Part shown: positions 1 to 10,513 of the stretch, in pieces | Numbering within the stretch: position 1 is the stretch's first letter | Layout: every line of letters starts with the position of its first letter | DNA from: Lingula anatina | Lineage: Eukaryota; Animalia; Brachiopoda | DNA length: 64,000 bases | Assembly (NCBI GenBank): GCA_051362555.1 | Contig: CM120645.1 | Span: forward strand, 13,826,001 to 13,890,000 | Reading direction: 5' to 3' | Translations under genes and position numbers: made by a program | Notes under the pieces: generated by a model | Told to the model about the DNA's origin: nothing | What the model saw: the letters and a program-made list of their open reading frames with translations, nothing else | Databases searched by the model: none

Positions 1-120
1 ACGAGTTCTGTATGCAGAAACACACAGAAAACCACTTGTTCATGCATAAAACAAACTATGGCCAATGAAATAATGTTTTTACTGACAAAGGATGATGAAA
101 ACTGTTCTCTCCACGCCGTC

Positions 121-306
121 TGACTCTGATTTTAGAGTCAGATTGACTCCATGAGAGCCAGGGGGTGATTGACTCCGATAAGAGAGTCTAAAGACTCTGG
201 TAGTGGGGTAATTTGACCCTTATATAGGAGTCAAATTAACTCCATGAGGGTCAAGGGGTGCTGGACTCTGACTAGAGGGTCAAATGACTCCAATTTTATT
301 CTCAGT
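121..306. repeat. Repeat remnant with recurring GACTC/GAGTC units, probably one end of a non-autonomous DNA element
   Basis: Dense short units such as gactctga, gactccatgag, gactccgata, gagtcaaat, ending in ttttattctcagtg at 306; no partner end visible in the window. Confidence 0.4.
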
Positions 307-352
307 GATTGGAACCCTTACACTGCAAAATAATGTTTCCAATATCTTCAGT

Positions 353-3300
353 TCACTCCTTTTCGTCTGTTCCATTGGCAACAGCTTCTTTAGCAAAACG
401 ATTGGAAGAATCTTCTTTTGGATTCAGTTTTGCCAAGCAGGAGAACCCAACCGTCGTCAACTGTTGAACTGAAAAAGTTGTTAAACATTTCTTGAGTAGT
501 TGAATATTACAAATGCGTTATATATACACGAGTCTGTAGATAAACCACACATAAATTCAATGTTGACATTACAATTAATTCCCTTTCATTTCGCCCAAAA
601 ACATTCAAAATTACTGAAGTATACGCATTTTATGTTTAAATAAAAAGATGATAGATGAACATCTTCCTATCCTGTTAGGTATAAGAATATTAGGACAGAT
701 GTGCACGTATAAATAATTGTCTATCTAATTAAATAAACAGATGGTCGAATTAAGTGCATTCCATTGAGGTTCCACTAGCCAGTAAGTTATATATTTTTGG
801 CTAATGGCTAATCGCAAAATAAAAGAACAAAGTTGCACACTTATATCGTGAAGCTGGGTCTTCAAAACATCTGCTGTGACGTCAGTGTCAAGACCATGTT
901 CTAGTAAACCCATAATTTCTTTGAAAGGTTGTTGAATGCTATCCTGTAAGGAGACCACAATGTGCATAAAGTTTTGAAAAAATACAGACATAACTTTCGG
1001 CATTCCTCCTCAAGATCTTCTTATTTGTTGACATTTTTGATCTGGTATAAGTGAAGCTAACGGAGGTAGCCATGCAAAAAACATTGCATTTAAGATATCA
1101 CAGAAGAGAACAGTATCCTTATTGATAAATAAGAAATCTTAAGAGACATCTTACTTGTCCATCCTATACTGTTAATCACAAGACTAAACGTTTATCATGG
1201 TACTTTAACAATTAAAACGTGACCGTGTGTATAATGTTGCTTTCTTTTCACATAGTTTTTAAACGTATATCAGAGTGCTGCCTAAAGTGACAAGCTTCAG
1301 TTGATATATTTAATATTGTGTGGATAAGAGCGTCATCAAACATCAGTTACTTTTAAAAATCTTAAACAGTATCAGTAGAATTGAAAAAAAAAGAAAATGT
1401 CAGAGAGAAATATAAATTTAGTGCATTATTGCTGCCGACAATTATAGGTTATCCCTTATTAGCTGTAATTTTCAACTTACTCTAACGAATTTCATTATCT
1501 CCGCCTTCTCCAGGATATCAACAGTGTGATCCTGCTGGTTGAGTTTTGCCACGTCTAGTGGGGTGTCGCCATCGTTGTCTGCCGCCTTGGTGTTCGCCCC
1601 TGCTTCCACCAGTAGTTTCACAATTTCTCTGTTACCTTGCATGCAGGCCAAGTGCAGCGGCGTCATTTTATACGCATCGCGGATGTCTGTCGCAGCTCCA
1701 AGCTCCAGGAGTTTCTCCACCACAGCGGGGTGTTGTTCCAGAACGGCGTGGTGGATCGGGGTAAGATCCTCGTGTGCGGAATCAGCACATTTATAGTACT
1801 TGTCATCAATTTTTTTTTCAATGTCTTCGGTGGGATTTTCTCCCCATCCTGAGTACAAAACCTTACCGTAATCTCCCACATCTATATTTCCTCTTTTTAT
1901 TTTTACAAAGAAGTTCGCAAGAAGTTTTCTCTTGACGTAAACATAATGCCACACGAGTCTTTCTCCATCCTTATCGCGTACTAAGTATATCATATCACCT
2001 ACGTAGAGATTACCTCGTTTGTTAACCAATCCAGGATGTGTTCTCAGAATGGCATCCAAACACTGCACTTGTCCACTGCTTGCTGCCAAGTGTGCTGGAT
2101 TTTTGCCCTCGTTGTTTAGAACAACTGGATCCGCCTTATAGTCATTTATCAAACATTTTACCACATCAACATGGCCATTTCTAGATGCTTCACACAGAGC
2201 GGTGTTCCCGTATTTGTCTTGGATATTTGGATCAACCCTACGACCGTGATTCCTTCTCAGAAGGGCATCCAAATATTGCGCTAGTCCACGACTTGCGGCA
2301 CAGTTTGCTGCATTTTGTCCATTATTATTTACGATGGTTGGATCTGCACCACCTTCATCTAACAGACATTCCACGACGTCCAGGCCGACGTTATTGAGAA
2401 CTGCGATGTGAAGAGCCGTGTTGCCGTTTTTGTTCTGAATATTTGGGTCAGCCCTAACTTCATTTATCAAATACCTAACCATATCTACATGACCATATCT
2501 AGAAGCTTCACACAGAGCGGTGTTCCCATACGAGTCTTGAATATTTGGGTCAACCCTAAGTTCGTGATTCCTTCTCAGTATGGCATCCAAATATCGCACT
2601 TGTTGACTCCTTGCTGCCACGTGTGCTGGATTTTGTCCCTCGTTATTTAGGATGGTTAGATCTGCCTCACCTTCATCTAACAGACATTCCACGACGTCCA
2701 GGCCGACATTATTGAAAACTGAAATATGTAGAGCCGTGTTTCCGAACTTATTCTGAATATTTGGGTCAGCCTTATGTTCATTTATCAAACACTTTACCGC
2801 ATCTACATGACCATTTCTAGATGCTTCAGACAGAGCTGTGTTCCCGTACTTGTTCTGATAATTGACATCGATTCCGCCCACTGCTACTATTTCTTTCACG
2901 AACTCGACGTGACCGCCCCATGCTGCACACACCAGGGTATTGCTGGTCACAGGTAAACCATGGCGCTGCAGCCTGTCGTATATGTCTCTGAAGACATCGC
3001 TGCGGCATCGAGACACGTTAAGTCTTCCATATCTGACACCATACTTTTCTTGATGTCGATGTTCGGAAGATCAGTGAGGTACTCCACCACGTCATCGTAC
3101 CCCATCCTACAGGCACGACCCAGGGCTGTTTCACCAGACTCTGTGACAGCATTCAGGTCTGCACCCATATCAAGAAGAAACTTCACACCATCTAGGAATC
3201 CTACACCGGCGGCATAGTGCAGTGGTGTAAAATTGTCTGAGTCAGTAATATTTACCAAATTATGGTTAAGAGTGCAGAGTTCTTTTAACTTATCAATGTT

Positions 3301-4950
3301 TTGACTCCTTACAACCTTGTGAATTAGCTTCATTCCACTCTCAGTTTTCCCTAACAAATCAATTCGGTCTGCCACACTCTTGCTGTGTCTCTTTACAGCT
3401 ATGTCTTTGGCAGTACAGCCTTCAAGTTCACCAGGGTGAGCGCCACTTGTGACCTGCGTTGAAAGTGTCGCCCAATCAAAATGTCGCCATATAGTGATAG
3501 CTGCAAGTTCGTTATTGTGAAACGCTGCAGCATGAAGGACATTGAACCCATTTTCATTCCTGTACTCCAGGACTTTGTTTCTGTCCACCTCGCGGGCAAT
3601 CCTATCAAGCATGTACCAAAGCTTTGGTCGTGCGATGGCGGAATACAGTCGGTGTAACGGATCAGGTATTATTGAAATGTCTTCGGTGTTTTCTGCTGAA
3701 ATGAAGGAATGTTTTTTTTTATATTAACTTTCTTTGTGCTATAAAATCAGATATTTGACACAAACAGCATTATGTCATGCTTCTTGTCTACTAAAGAAAC
3801 TAACATGTGCATAGCAGGCCTAAAGTCACTGTACGTGGTTCACTGACATTTAACTGCGCATCGCTACTAATCTAACTACGAACCTTATGGAATGGAATGT
3901 CTCTGTTAAATCAAGGATATTAAGAAGGAAGATTTTGGTTCACTCTGTGTACATTGTTTGGCTATCAACGTTACTGTGGATCAGAGAGTGTGTCATCTTT
4001 CCCCTGTTGGAAAGAGACCGAGAAGATTCCTTTATTCGTCCATGAGTGACTATCAGACATTTTGTGACAATATTCTTACCTTGCGCCGGCATAACAACCT
4101 GCAAATCATCTTCATCCCTCGTATTATCTGCCTGAAGAAACCAGTTGCTGTCTCCTATTTGGATGTTTTGACTATGGTTGATGCTAATCATCTGAATATT
4201 TGGGCTTGTTAGTTTACTTGGCACTGTAAAATAACATTAACTCAGTTTACCATGTAAAATTAAACTATGACAAGTCGTAGTGAAGTGGCCAATGTTCAGG
4301 CTTAGTCTTGGCAGTAAACAGCCTCATTAAAATGAAAATATCTTTAGCTAAATGTTAACGTTTTAGACCGTTTGTTCTTTTGTTTTATCGTACCTTCTTC
4401 CCGAGTCCATGATTCTTGTCTGTCCAGATTCAGGATCATCAGCTCTAAAACATCCCTTTTCTTAGCTATGTCAAAAAGAATTTCTTCTTTATTTATCTTA
4501 GCTCCTTCCCTGTCCAGTACAATAGAAAGCCGGTCATCTTGTCCATAACCTAACAAGGGAAAACAGATTACATTTCAAAATTTAACAGAGCATTCCCCGA
4601 TCCTTTCAACATAACAAAATCGATGGAAGTACATCTAACCTGTATGTACTGTATCCTACATTTTGTAGTCTTTAAAAGTCTTCTGTAAAACTGTGTTGGC
4701 TCGTTTTAATGCATACATACACACACGCACTTTTTATACGTATAGTCTTTTAACACGATTAATTAGCCTGGCTATTTTGTTGTTCAACAGTATTTTGTAT
4801 GCCTCAAAAGTCCAACAAGAGTACCTTGATGGAACGACTGTACTAACCTAAGAGTTGCCTAGCGTCGTGTAGCAGCGCCTCCATTGTTGTTAAGATACAT
4901 GTTTCCCTCTTCTGACGGTCACATGAGTAGATGATACAGGTGCTGCCCAT
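353..4950 (-). CDS. CIDE-N-like + RHIM-like + ankyrin-repeat protein, 6 coding exons, one frameshift at ~2999 (possible null allele, pseudogene or assembly error)
   Basis: Exons 4950-4848, 4549-4394, 4223-4080, 3695-1481, 943-841, 468-353, all GT-AG and phase-compatible (1,1,1,0,1). N-terminus MGSTCIIYSCDRQKRETCILTTMEALLHDARQLLGYGQDDRLSIVLDREGAKINKEE...LMILNLDRQESW; then ISINHSQNIQIGDSNWF; ~18 ankyrin repeats (TPLHYAA, GNTALxxA, TPLHLAC, TPLDVAK). Exon 4 switches from ORF 2947-3612 to ORF 1472-3016. About 945 aa if the frame is restored, 383 aa as read. The last two exons are less certain (gtgtgc donor at 840). Confidence 0.8.
1481..3695 (-). CDS. Large ankyrin-repeat exon (exon 4) of the CIDE-N/RHIM/ankyrin gene
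   Basis: Acceptor ttcatttcag| at 3696, donor AGA|gtaagt at 1480; ORFs 2947-3612 and 1472-3016 both carry ankyrin consensus repeats. Confidence 0.9.
4080..4223 (-). CDS. Exon 3, carrying a RHIM-like motif (IQIG core at 4153-4164)
   Basis: tttacag| acceptor, G|gtaaga donor, 144 nt, phase 1-1; QMISINHSQNIQIGDSNWFLQ fits the RHIM pattern (hydrophobic residues, then [IV]Q[IVLC]G-x-x-N-x-hydrophobic). Confidence 0.75.
4394..4950 (-). CDS. Exons 1-2, encoding a CIDE-N (CAD-type) domain-like N-terminus
   Basis: The spliced ~80 aa follows the CIDE-N layout by eye: strand + DR-x-x-R, helix (TMEALLHDARQLLG), IVLDREG-x-x-I-x-x-EE (cf. LVLEEDGTxVxxEE), then LMIL...W. Confidence 0.65.
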
Positions 4951-5621
4951 CTTTCTGAATGAAAATTATAATAAATATCTCAATCTTTGTCTTCAATCTC
5001 ATATAGCGTGCATGTGGTTGGAAGCATACCGATATTTTATTTCCTAAATATAACATGAGTACATCTGTAGACCTGTGCATGTTGTAATGTCATAATCGGT
5101 CAATGGGTGATTATCTTTCTTGTACTTTTGCACTCTTGTACTTTTACCAAGAATCGATTCTAACCATATAAACGAGTACAAATGCACTTGTTTGGTCATA
5201 AGAGTAGTCACATGAGTAGATGATACAGGTGCTCCTCATCTTTCTGAATGAAAATAATAATAAATATCTCATATTCATGTCATAAGAGAGTGGGCTGACC
5301 GCTCGGATGTTTAAAATTTCCGCTTCAGTGATTTTGTCATCAGCTGATTTTGTCATCAGCTGTTACAAAATCATGTGTTTTTCCTGATTGGTGTGAATTA
5401 ATCAGGTTCAATATATGGTGATTAATTAAGCCTATTTAAGGTAGTCACTAAATCCAGTATGACACATGACAAAAAAGTTCTGTGATGCCACGTCTGACAC
5501 TGGAAGAGCAACTCCGGGCCCTGGGGATGCTGTAGGTTAGGTTGAACCAAAGAGATTTGAACACGTGAACTTGCATTTTAATAATCATTTTTAATGATCT
5601 TTTCTGACCTTTATTTCACCC

Positions 5622-6172
5622 TCAGGCCTAACCAACTACCAGACTCGGCACCTAAGGATCCTGAATTAACCGGTATATCGGACCACACTACCCGTTTTCA
5701 AGGTGTGTGTCAGATCGCATTTCGGAGTATCAGTCAGAACACCGACAGGATGAGCCCACGCTTGGCTGTCACCTTGACTGGATAGTAAACGATTGTCGTA
5801 TTTAATCGCTATATGATTTTAAAACCAGGTGCATAAATTTGAAAGCCACCTAGATGAACCATAGACTGCCACATTAATCTAATACAGTGCAAAAAAGCTC
5901 TATCAAAAGTTGTTAAAACATTCAAACCGAATGTCGTAAAGTACCCATATACCCCCATTGAGACAATGAAATAGAGTACTCTAAAGTAAGAGTACAGTTT
6001 AAGGTTGTTCAGCCGAGCGTGGATGAGCCCGCAGTCGTCCTACAAAATTTGTTCTGGGGTATGATACTCCGAAGTGCGATCTGACACACACCTTGAAAAC
6101 GGGTAGTGTGGTCCGATATACCGGTTAATTCAGGATCCTTAGGTGCCGAGTCTGGTAGTTGGTTAGGCCTGA
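5622..6172. mobile_element. MITE-like element with ~110-bp terminal inverted repeats
   Basis: tcaggcctaaccaactaccagactcggcacctaaggatcc...ttcggagtatca (5622-~5732) is a near-perfect reverse complement of ~6062-6172; no coding capacity, no clear TSD. Confidence 0.85.
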
Positions 6173-7302
6173 CCTTGTGCGACTGAATAATAGGTCATAT
6201 TTCACACGAAAACTGTTATTTTCTTAATGTGCCAAAGGAACTTAAAATATTATTTGATAAATAAATGATGCGTTTTCATTGACTGTCAGTATATTTTTAA
6301 CGGTTATAATCAAATTCAAACTATAGGCCACTATTTTCCCACTGCCATAAAGTATTGCTAACACCTGGTAGTTGACAACAGATTGTTGTAGTTAAGGAGA
6401 AATATATGAAAAGGAGACTTTGGCTCATCTGCTATAACTATATAGATTACTATTTGTTTTGTTGGCGGTGCACCCCCCCCCCCTACCCAACTTAATATAT
6501 CCAAATCCCAGTGACTACAGAAGTTCAGTTTGGACGCATTTAAATTTTTTATATTACAATCATGAAAATAGCTGCATGAGATACGCAGTACAGCTTGTTG
6601 CATTTTTCTGTAAGCTTCACTTCAGTAAAGCCTTCTTCCTTTATGTGTGTGTGTGTGTGTGTGTGTGTGTGGTTACATGTCGATACGTCCCCGCACCGAT
6701 ACTCCCCCGCACGTGTGGGTAAGGAGCGGGACTTGATCCGCCATTTTAATTTGCGGAATATTTAAGTTTTACCCAATTATAAAATTATACATTATAAAAT
6801 GGGCGATGTAGGCCAACATGAAGGTCATGCCAATAACTTTCATTTATAAAACAACTGTATAGACCTGCTTTTTAGATTTTTTGTTGGTGATTTTGGTGCA
6901 TTTATAACTAGGACAGTAATATTACCAACAGCGTTTGTTTCAGTCTTGTGGCATGACATCTAGCAAGTTCAAACGTTCTTGTCTTTAGTGATTATGCCGT
7001 CTTGAATACCAGTGTAGTTTGTAAACAACTCAACTTCAGTCAAACATTTTTCCCGTGATAATTTTATTACATATGTATCACCCAATAACCAAACTATTGA
7101 CCCAAGATAAACCTTCTACCAGCAGTTAATTGTGAAATATTTGGAATTCCGTCCCTTAAAACACGTGTACATGTACTTCACAGGGGATCCCGCTGAGTGT
7201 GCTGCAATAAGTTAAGTAAAACCAATTTCAATTTCCAAGAAAATAAAATGCTACCCCAGTACTTACTTTTTTAAAAAATCTTCTCAACCTCTATTTCAAT
7301 TC

Positions 7303-9298
7303 AACATGGCGTTCTCAAATGATCATGGGACCGGATCTGTATTTTGTATATATTTACACAAGTTAACAGGTAATTTATATTGTACAAGGTAGGTCATCGC
7401 AGGCAAACACCAGATGATAAGAAGAAATCGTCGTGCGTGCCGTTTTGATTTATAAATCTAGGTGAAGGATGGATATACTCCAGTATGTATTATAAAAAGG
7501 AGTTTCAATTTTCTGTCAATTGTGAAATTGTTAAACAGGTTCATCTAAATAAGTCTTTATTTTTCTGGGACAATAAGCAACGGTATGAATCATTAGATTA
7601 CCAGGTCCCCGTAACTCGAAAGCATCGCACAAGCGTCTCGATTCCATAACTCGCCCATACTCGGCCCATATAATACAATGTAGCCTCTATGTGATATCGT
7701 TATTCGCTGAAAGCACTACGGCTCCGTTTGCAATTGGGGGTGGGGGTGGGGGGTTGGGGGTGGGGGGTGGGGTGGAGTTGAGCAAACTGTCCTTTAAGCC
7801 ATGAAAAGTCCACACGGAATTAAATATTGATCTAGGTTTCATGTCAATTCTCAACTAAGGATGTCTTAATGTTCACTTTTCTTTGAAAAAATTCAAATTA
7901 CTGGCCGCTGGACTGACAGGCCTAATACGATGACTTTGTTGAACGAGAAGCCATAAATTTGCCAAGCACTGTCAACTTGCATCGTGCGAGGGCAGGTGGA
8001 CATGTATAAGAAAGCATATTTCAAGACACGATCACCTCAGTTCCCGAGGAAGGACTGCAGTTTTCCCTTCGACACGATTATGATGGCATGCAAGTGCATA
8101 ACGATGCATTAGTGACACTGTTCGTTTAAGGTCGAATTCAGAACGGTGGACTAACTACAGCTAGGCCACGGGTCAAATATGACGACCCACTAAAAAGCAT
8201 GCCGTCTAATCCGCCAATAGACACTGAATAGATACTTCGTGGGGATGTATTCAAGTTGGTCGGCCATATTTGACCCTCAGACAAGCTAGCCCACTGTTTT
8301 GAATGCGGTCTACTTCACATTGGATATCATTGGTTACACATTGTCCACACTGCAGTAATCTGACTCGTTCCATTTTTCAAAAAAAAAAGGAATATTATAC
8401 TTACTATTTCGTGTAAATAATCTCAGCGTCTATTTCGTGACTTTCAATTGAGCATGGTGTCCTCAACTGATCAAAGGACGGGAGCGGTGTCACCGATATA
8501 TTGACTCAGGTTGACAGATAATCACTGGGCCAACGAAAGTAAACGCCAGGCGACAGGAAGGAATCCTAACGTTTTGATTGATAAATTACTGATGGAGGAC
8601 GGATACATGTGTGAGGAGTACCCCCTGTATACGGGTAATCGTTTTTGTTTGTCCTTGTGTTGTGAATGTATTAAACAAGTTATTCTAAACAAGAGTGTCC
8701 CCGTTTATATCTCCGAAACTTTTTAAAAGCAAACAATGAAGCAGTATTGTAAATCGTTAAAATTAATCTTAGCAGTCTAAGTTATGTTAATCACTAAATA
8801 AATATATACCACTTGCAAACATCCATGTATTGCTAATTTTAATCACATTGTTAAAAGCAAACAAACATAGATATTAGTGAATATACTATATAGTAAACGA
8901 TACAGCAAAGTGCTATAATAGTATATATACGAGACGTGCTGGATATGAAAAATAAAATGACTTCTTTTTTTATTAATTTTCTTTTCAAATCTGATGTAAT
9001 TCATCTCCACGTAAGGAGAAAATTAAAAACATCCTGTGACAGGCATGCAATATGACCGAAAGCACTACAGTTCTGGATGCGAGGGGGAGTGGGCGGTTGA
9101 ACGAACCACCTTTTAAGCCTGAAAAGGCCCACACGGAAAAAAAATTTGATAAAGGTTTTATGAAATTTCACAACTAAGGAGGTCAAAATGTGCACTTTTC
9201 TTAAGTATTCTCCCAAAATTACTGCAAGTTCACAAGCCTGATACTGCTATGACCTAGAGGCCATAACGGTGATAAACTGTGTCAACTTGCATCGTGCC
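7303..9298. repeat. Two diverged direct copies of a ~700-850 bp non-coding block (~7303-7987 and ~8454-9298)
   Basis: Collinear shared motifs: catggcgttctcaaatgatca / catggtgtcctcaactgatca; tttaagcc..gaaaag..ccacacggaa; caactaagga; tgtcaacttgcatcgtgc. Confidence 0.55.
8129..8311. repeat. Short imperfect inverted repeat (old MITE?)
   Basis: gggtcaaatatgacgacc pairs with ggtcggccatatttgaccc; outer arms attcagaacggtgg / ccactgttttgaat. Confidence 0.45.
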
Positions 9299-10289
9299 TT
9301 GACATTGGGTTGATGAAACAAAGTTGAAGACCATATTAACTTCATGAGGAACGACTGATGATTTATAATGATTATTAAGCACCTATTTCAAAGTCGCTGC
9401 ACCTAGGGAATGGAGTTTACACCCATTTATACTACGTAGGAATGACTCCCCAGCAACTTTTTAAAAGGAAACTCAAGACTTTAAAAGGTATTTATATAAT
9501 TTTTACAAACAACTTTTTAAAGTGAATTATGAGGTAACATTTTTTAAATTAAAATTTCTAAATTATCTGTTTCAATAAATTTTTAAATTTGGATTTTAGA
9601 CTCAACTAAATATTTTTATTATTATCTAGACATGTTGCGTTTCAATATTAAATGGAAGTTTGCCATTTTTCTAGTTGTTATAAACGTTTATCGTATATGG
9701 TAATTATTCAAACAATTTCAACACAAGTCGACTATTTTCCACAAAAAAAAAAAATGTTTCTCTAGTTTTCTTAGGTTAATTGAGTAGAAATTTACTGTGT
9801 TTGAAAAACAATTACTATCATACCACCTTTACATTTTATTGGGCCAATTGCAAGTGCAATGCATAATTTCATCATGAGAATCTCTTCTTTAAATGAGAAG
9901 TTTTCTCCGTTAATTTAGTAAATAAGAAGAAGAACAAGTTCACAGCTGATGTTAAAGAATAGGAAAACAATGCACTCTCCAGTACTTTGTACACAGAATA
10001 GATCTTTATAACAATTTGAAAATCCAAATTAATATAATTTAACACTAAAAAATTTGCTATGAAATAATTATGGTACTATAACAGTGAGAACATGTATTGC
10101 ACAGATGTTTCTTCCGATTCAGAATCTATATTATACAACGTCCAGTAAGACAAACATTGATCCTATAAACACTGTCATTAAGAAAGATAAGCAGTGACAC
10201 TCTCTGCCAACACTTTTTCGTGTCCAAGTCTAAAAATAATACTGATCAACAGAAACAAAATACGCTGCTCATTTAGTGTACAAACTGTG

Positions 10290-10490
10290 GTCATGTTTCT
10301 TCATGTTTCAGAGACAGACAACCTGTCAGAATACTTGACACCACATATTTTACAGCCAAACGGCTCTCTCCTGTGTGAACGTGCATGTGCTCTTTGGGAT
10401 AGTGAAGGCGAGAAAACATCTTTGGACAAAATGTACACTAGAAAGGCCTTTCCCCTGTTTTTTTTCTGCTGTTTATTTAAGTCACCTATA
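10290..10490 (-). pseudogene. Degenerate duplicate of zinc-finger exon 11326-11544, just downstream of the stop codon
   Basis: Collinear nucleotide match, e.g. ccacatattttacagccaaa and tctttggacaaaatgtacac in both; 1-nt indels (ggctctctcc vs ggcttctctcc; gagacagac vs gagcagac) break the frame. Confidence 0.85.
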
Positions 10491-10513
10491 ACAAAGAAAA
10501 AACACTCCATGGC

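Noticed and set aside
2985-3015. Programmed ribosomal frameshift joining the two ankyrin ORFs
   Set aside because: No X XXY YYZ slippery site, and residues expected from the ankyrin consensus are missing, which points to a deletion.
1539-3727. Plus-strand and alternate-frame ORFs overlapping the ankyrin exon
   Set aside because: Shadows of the real minus-strand CDS with no independent protein features.
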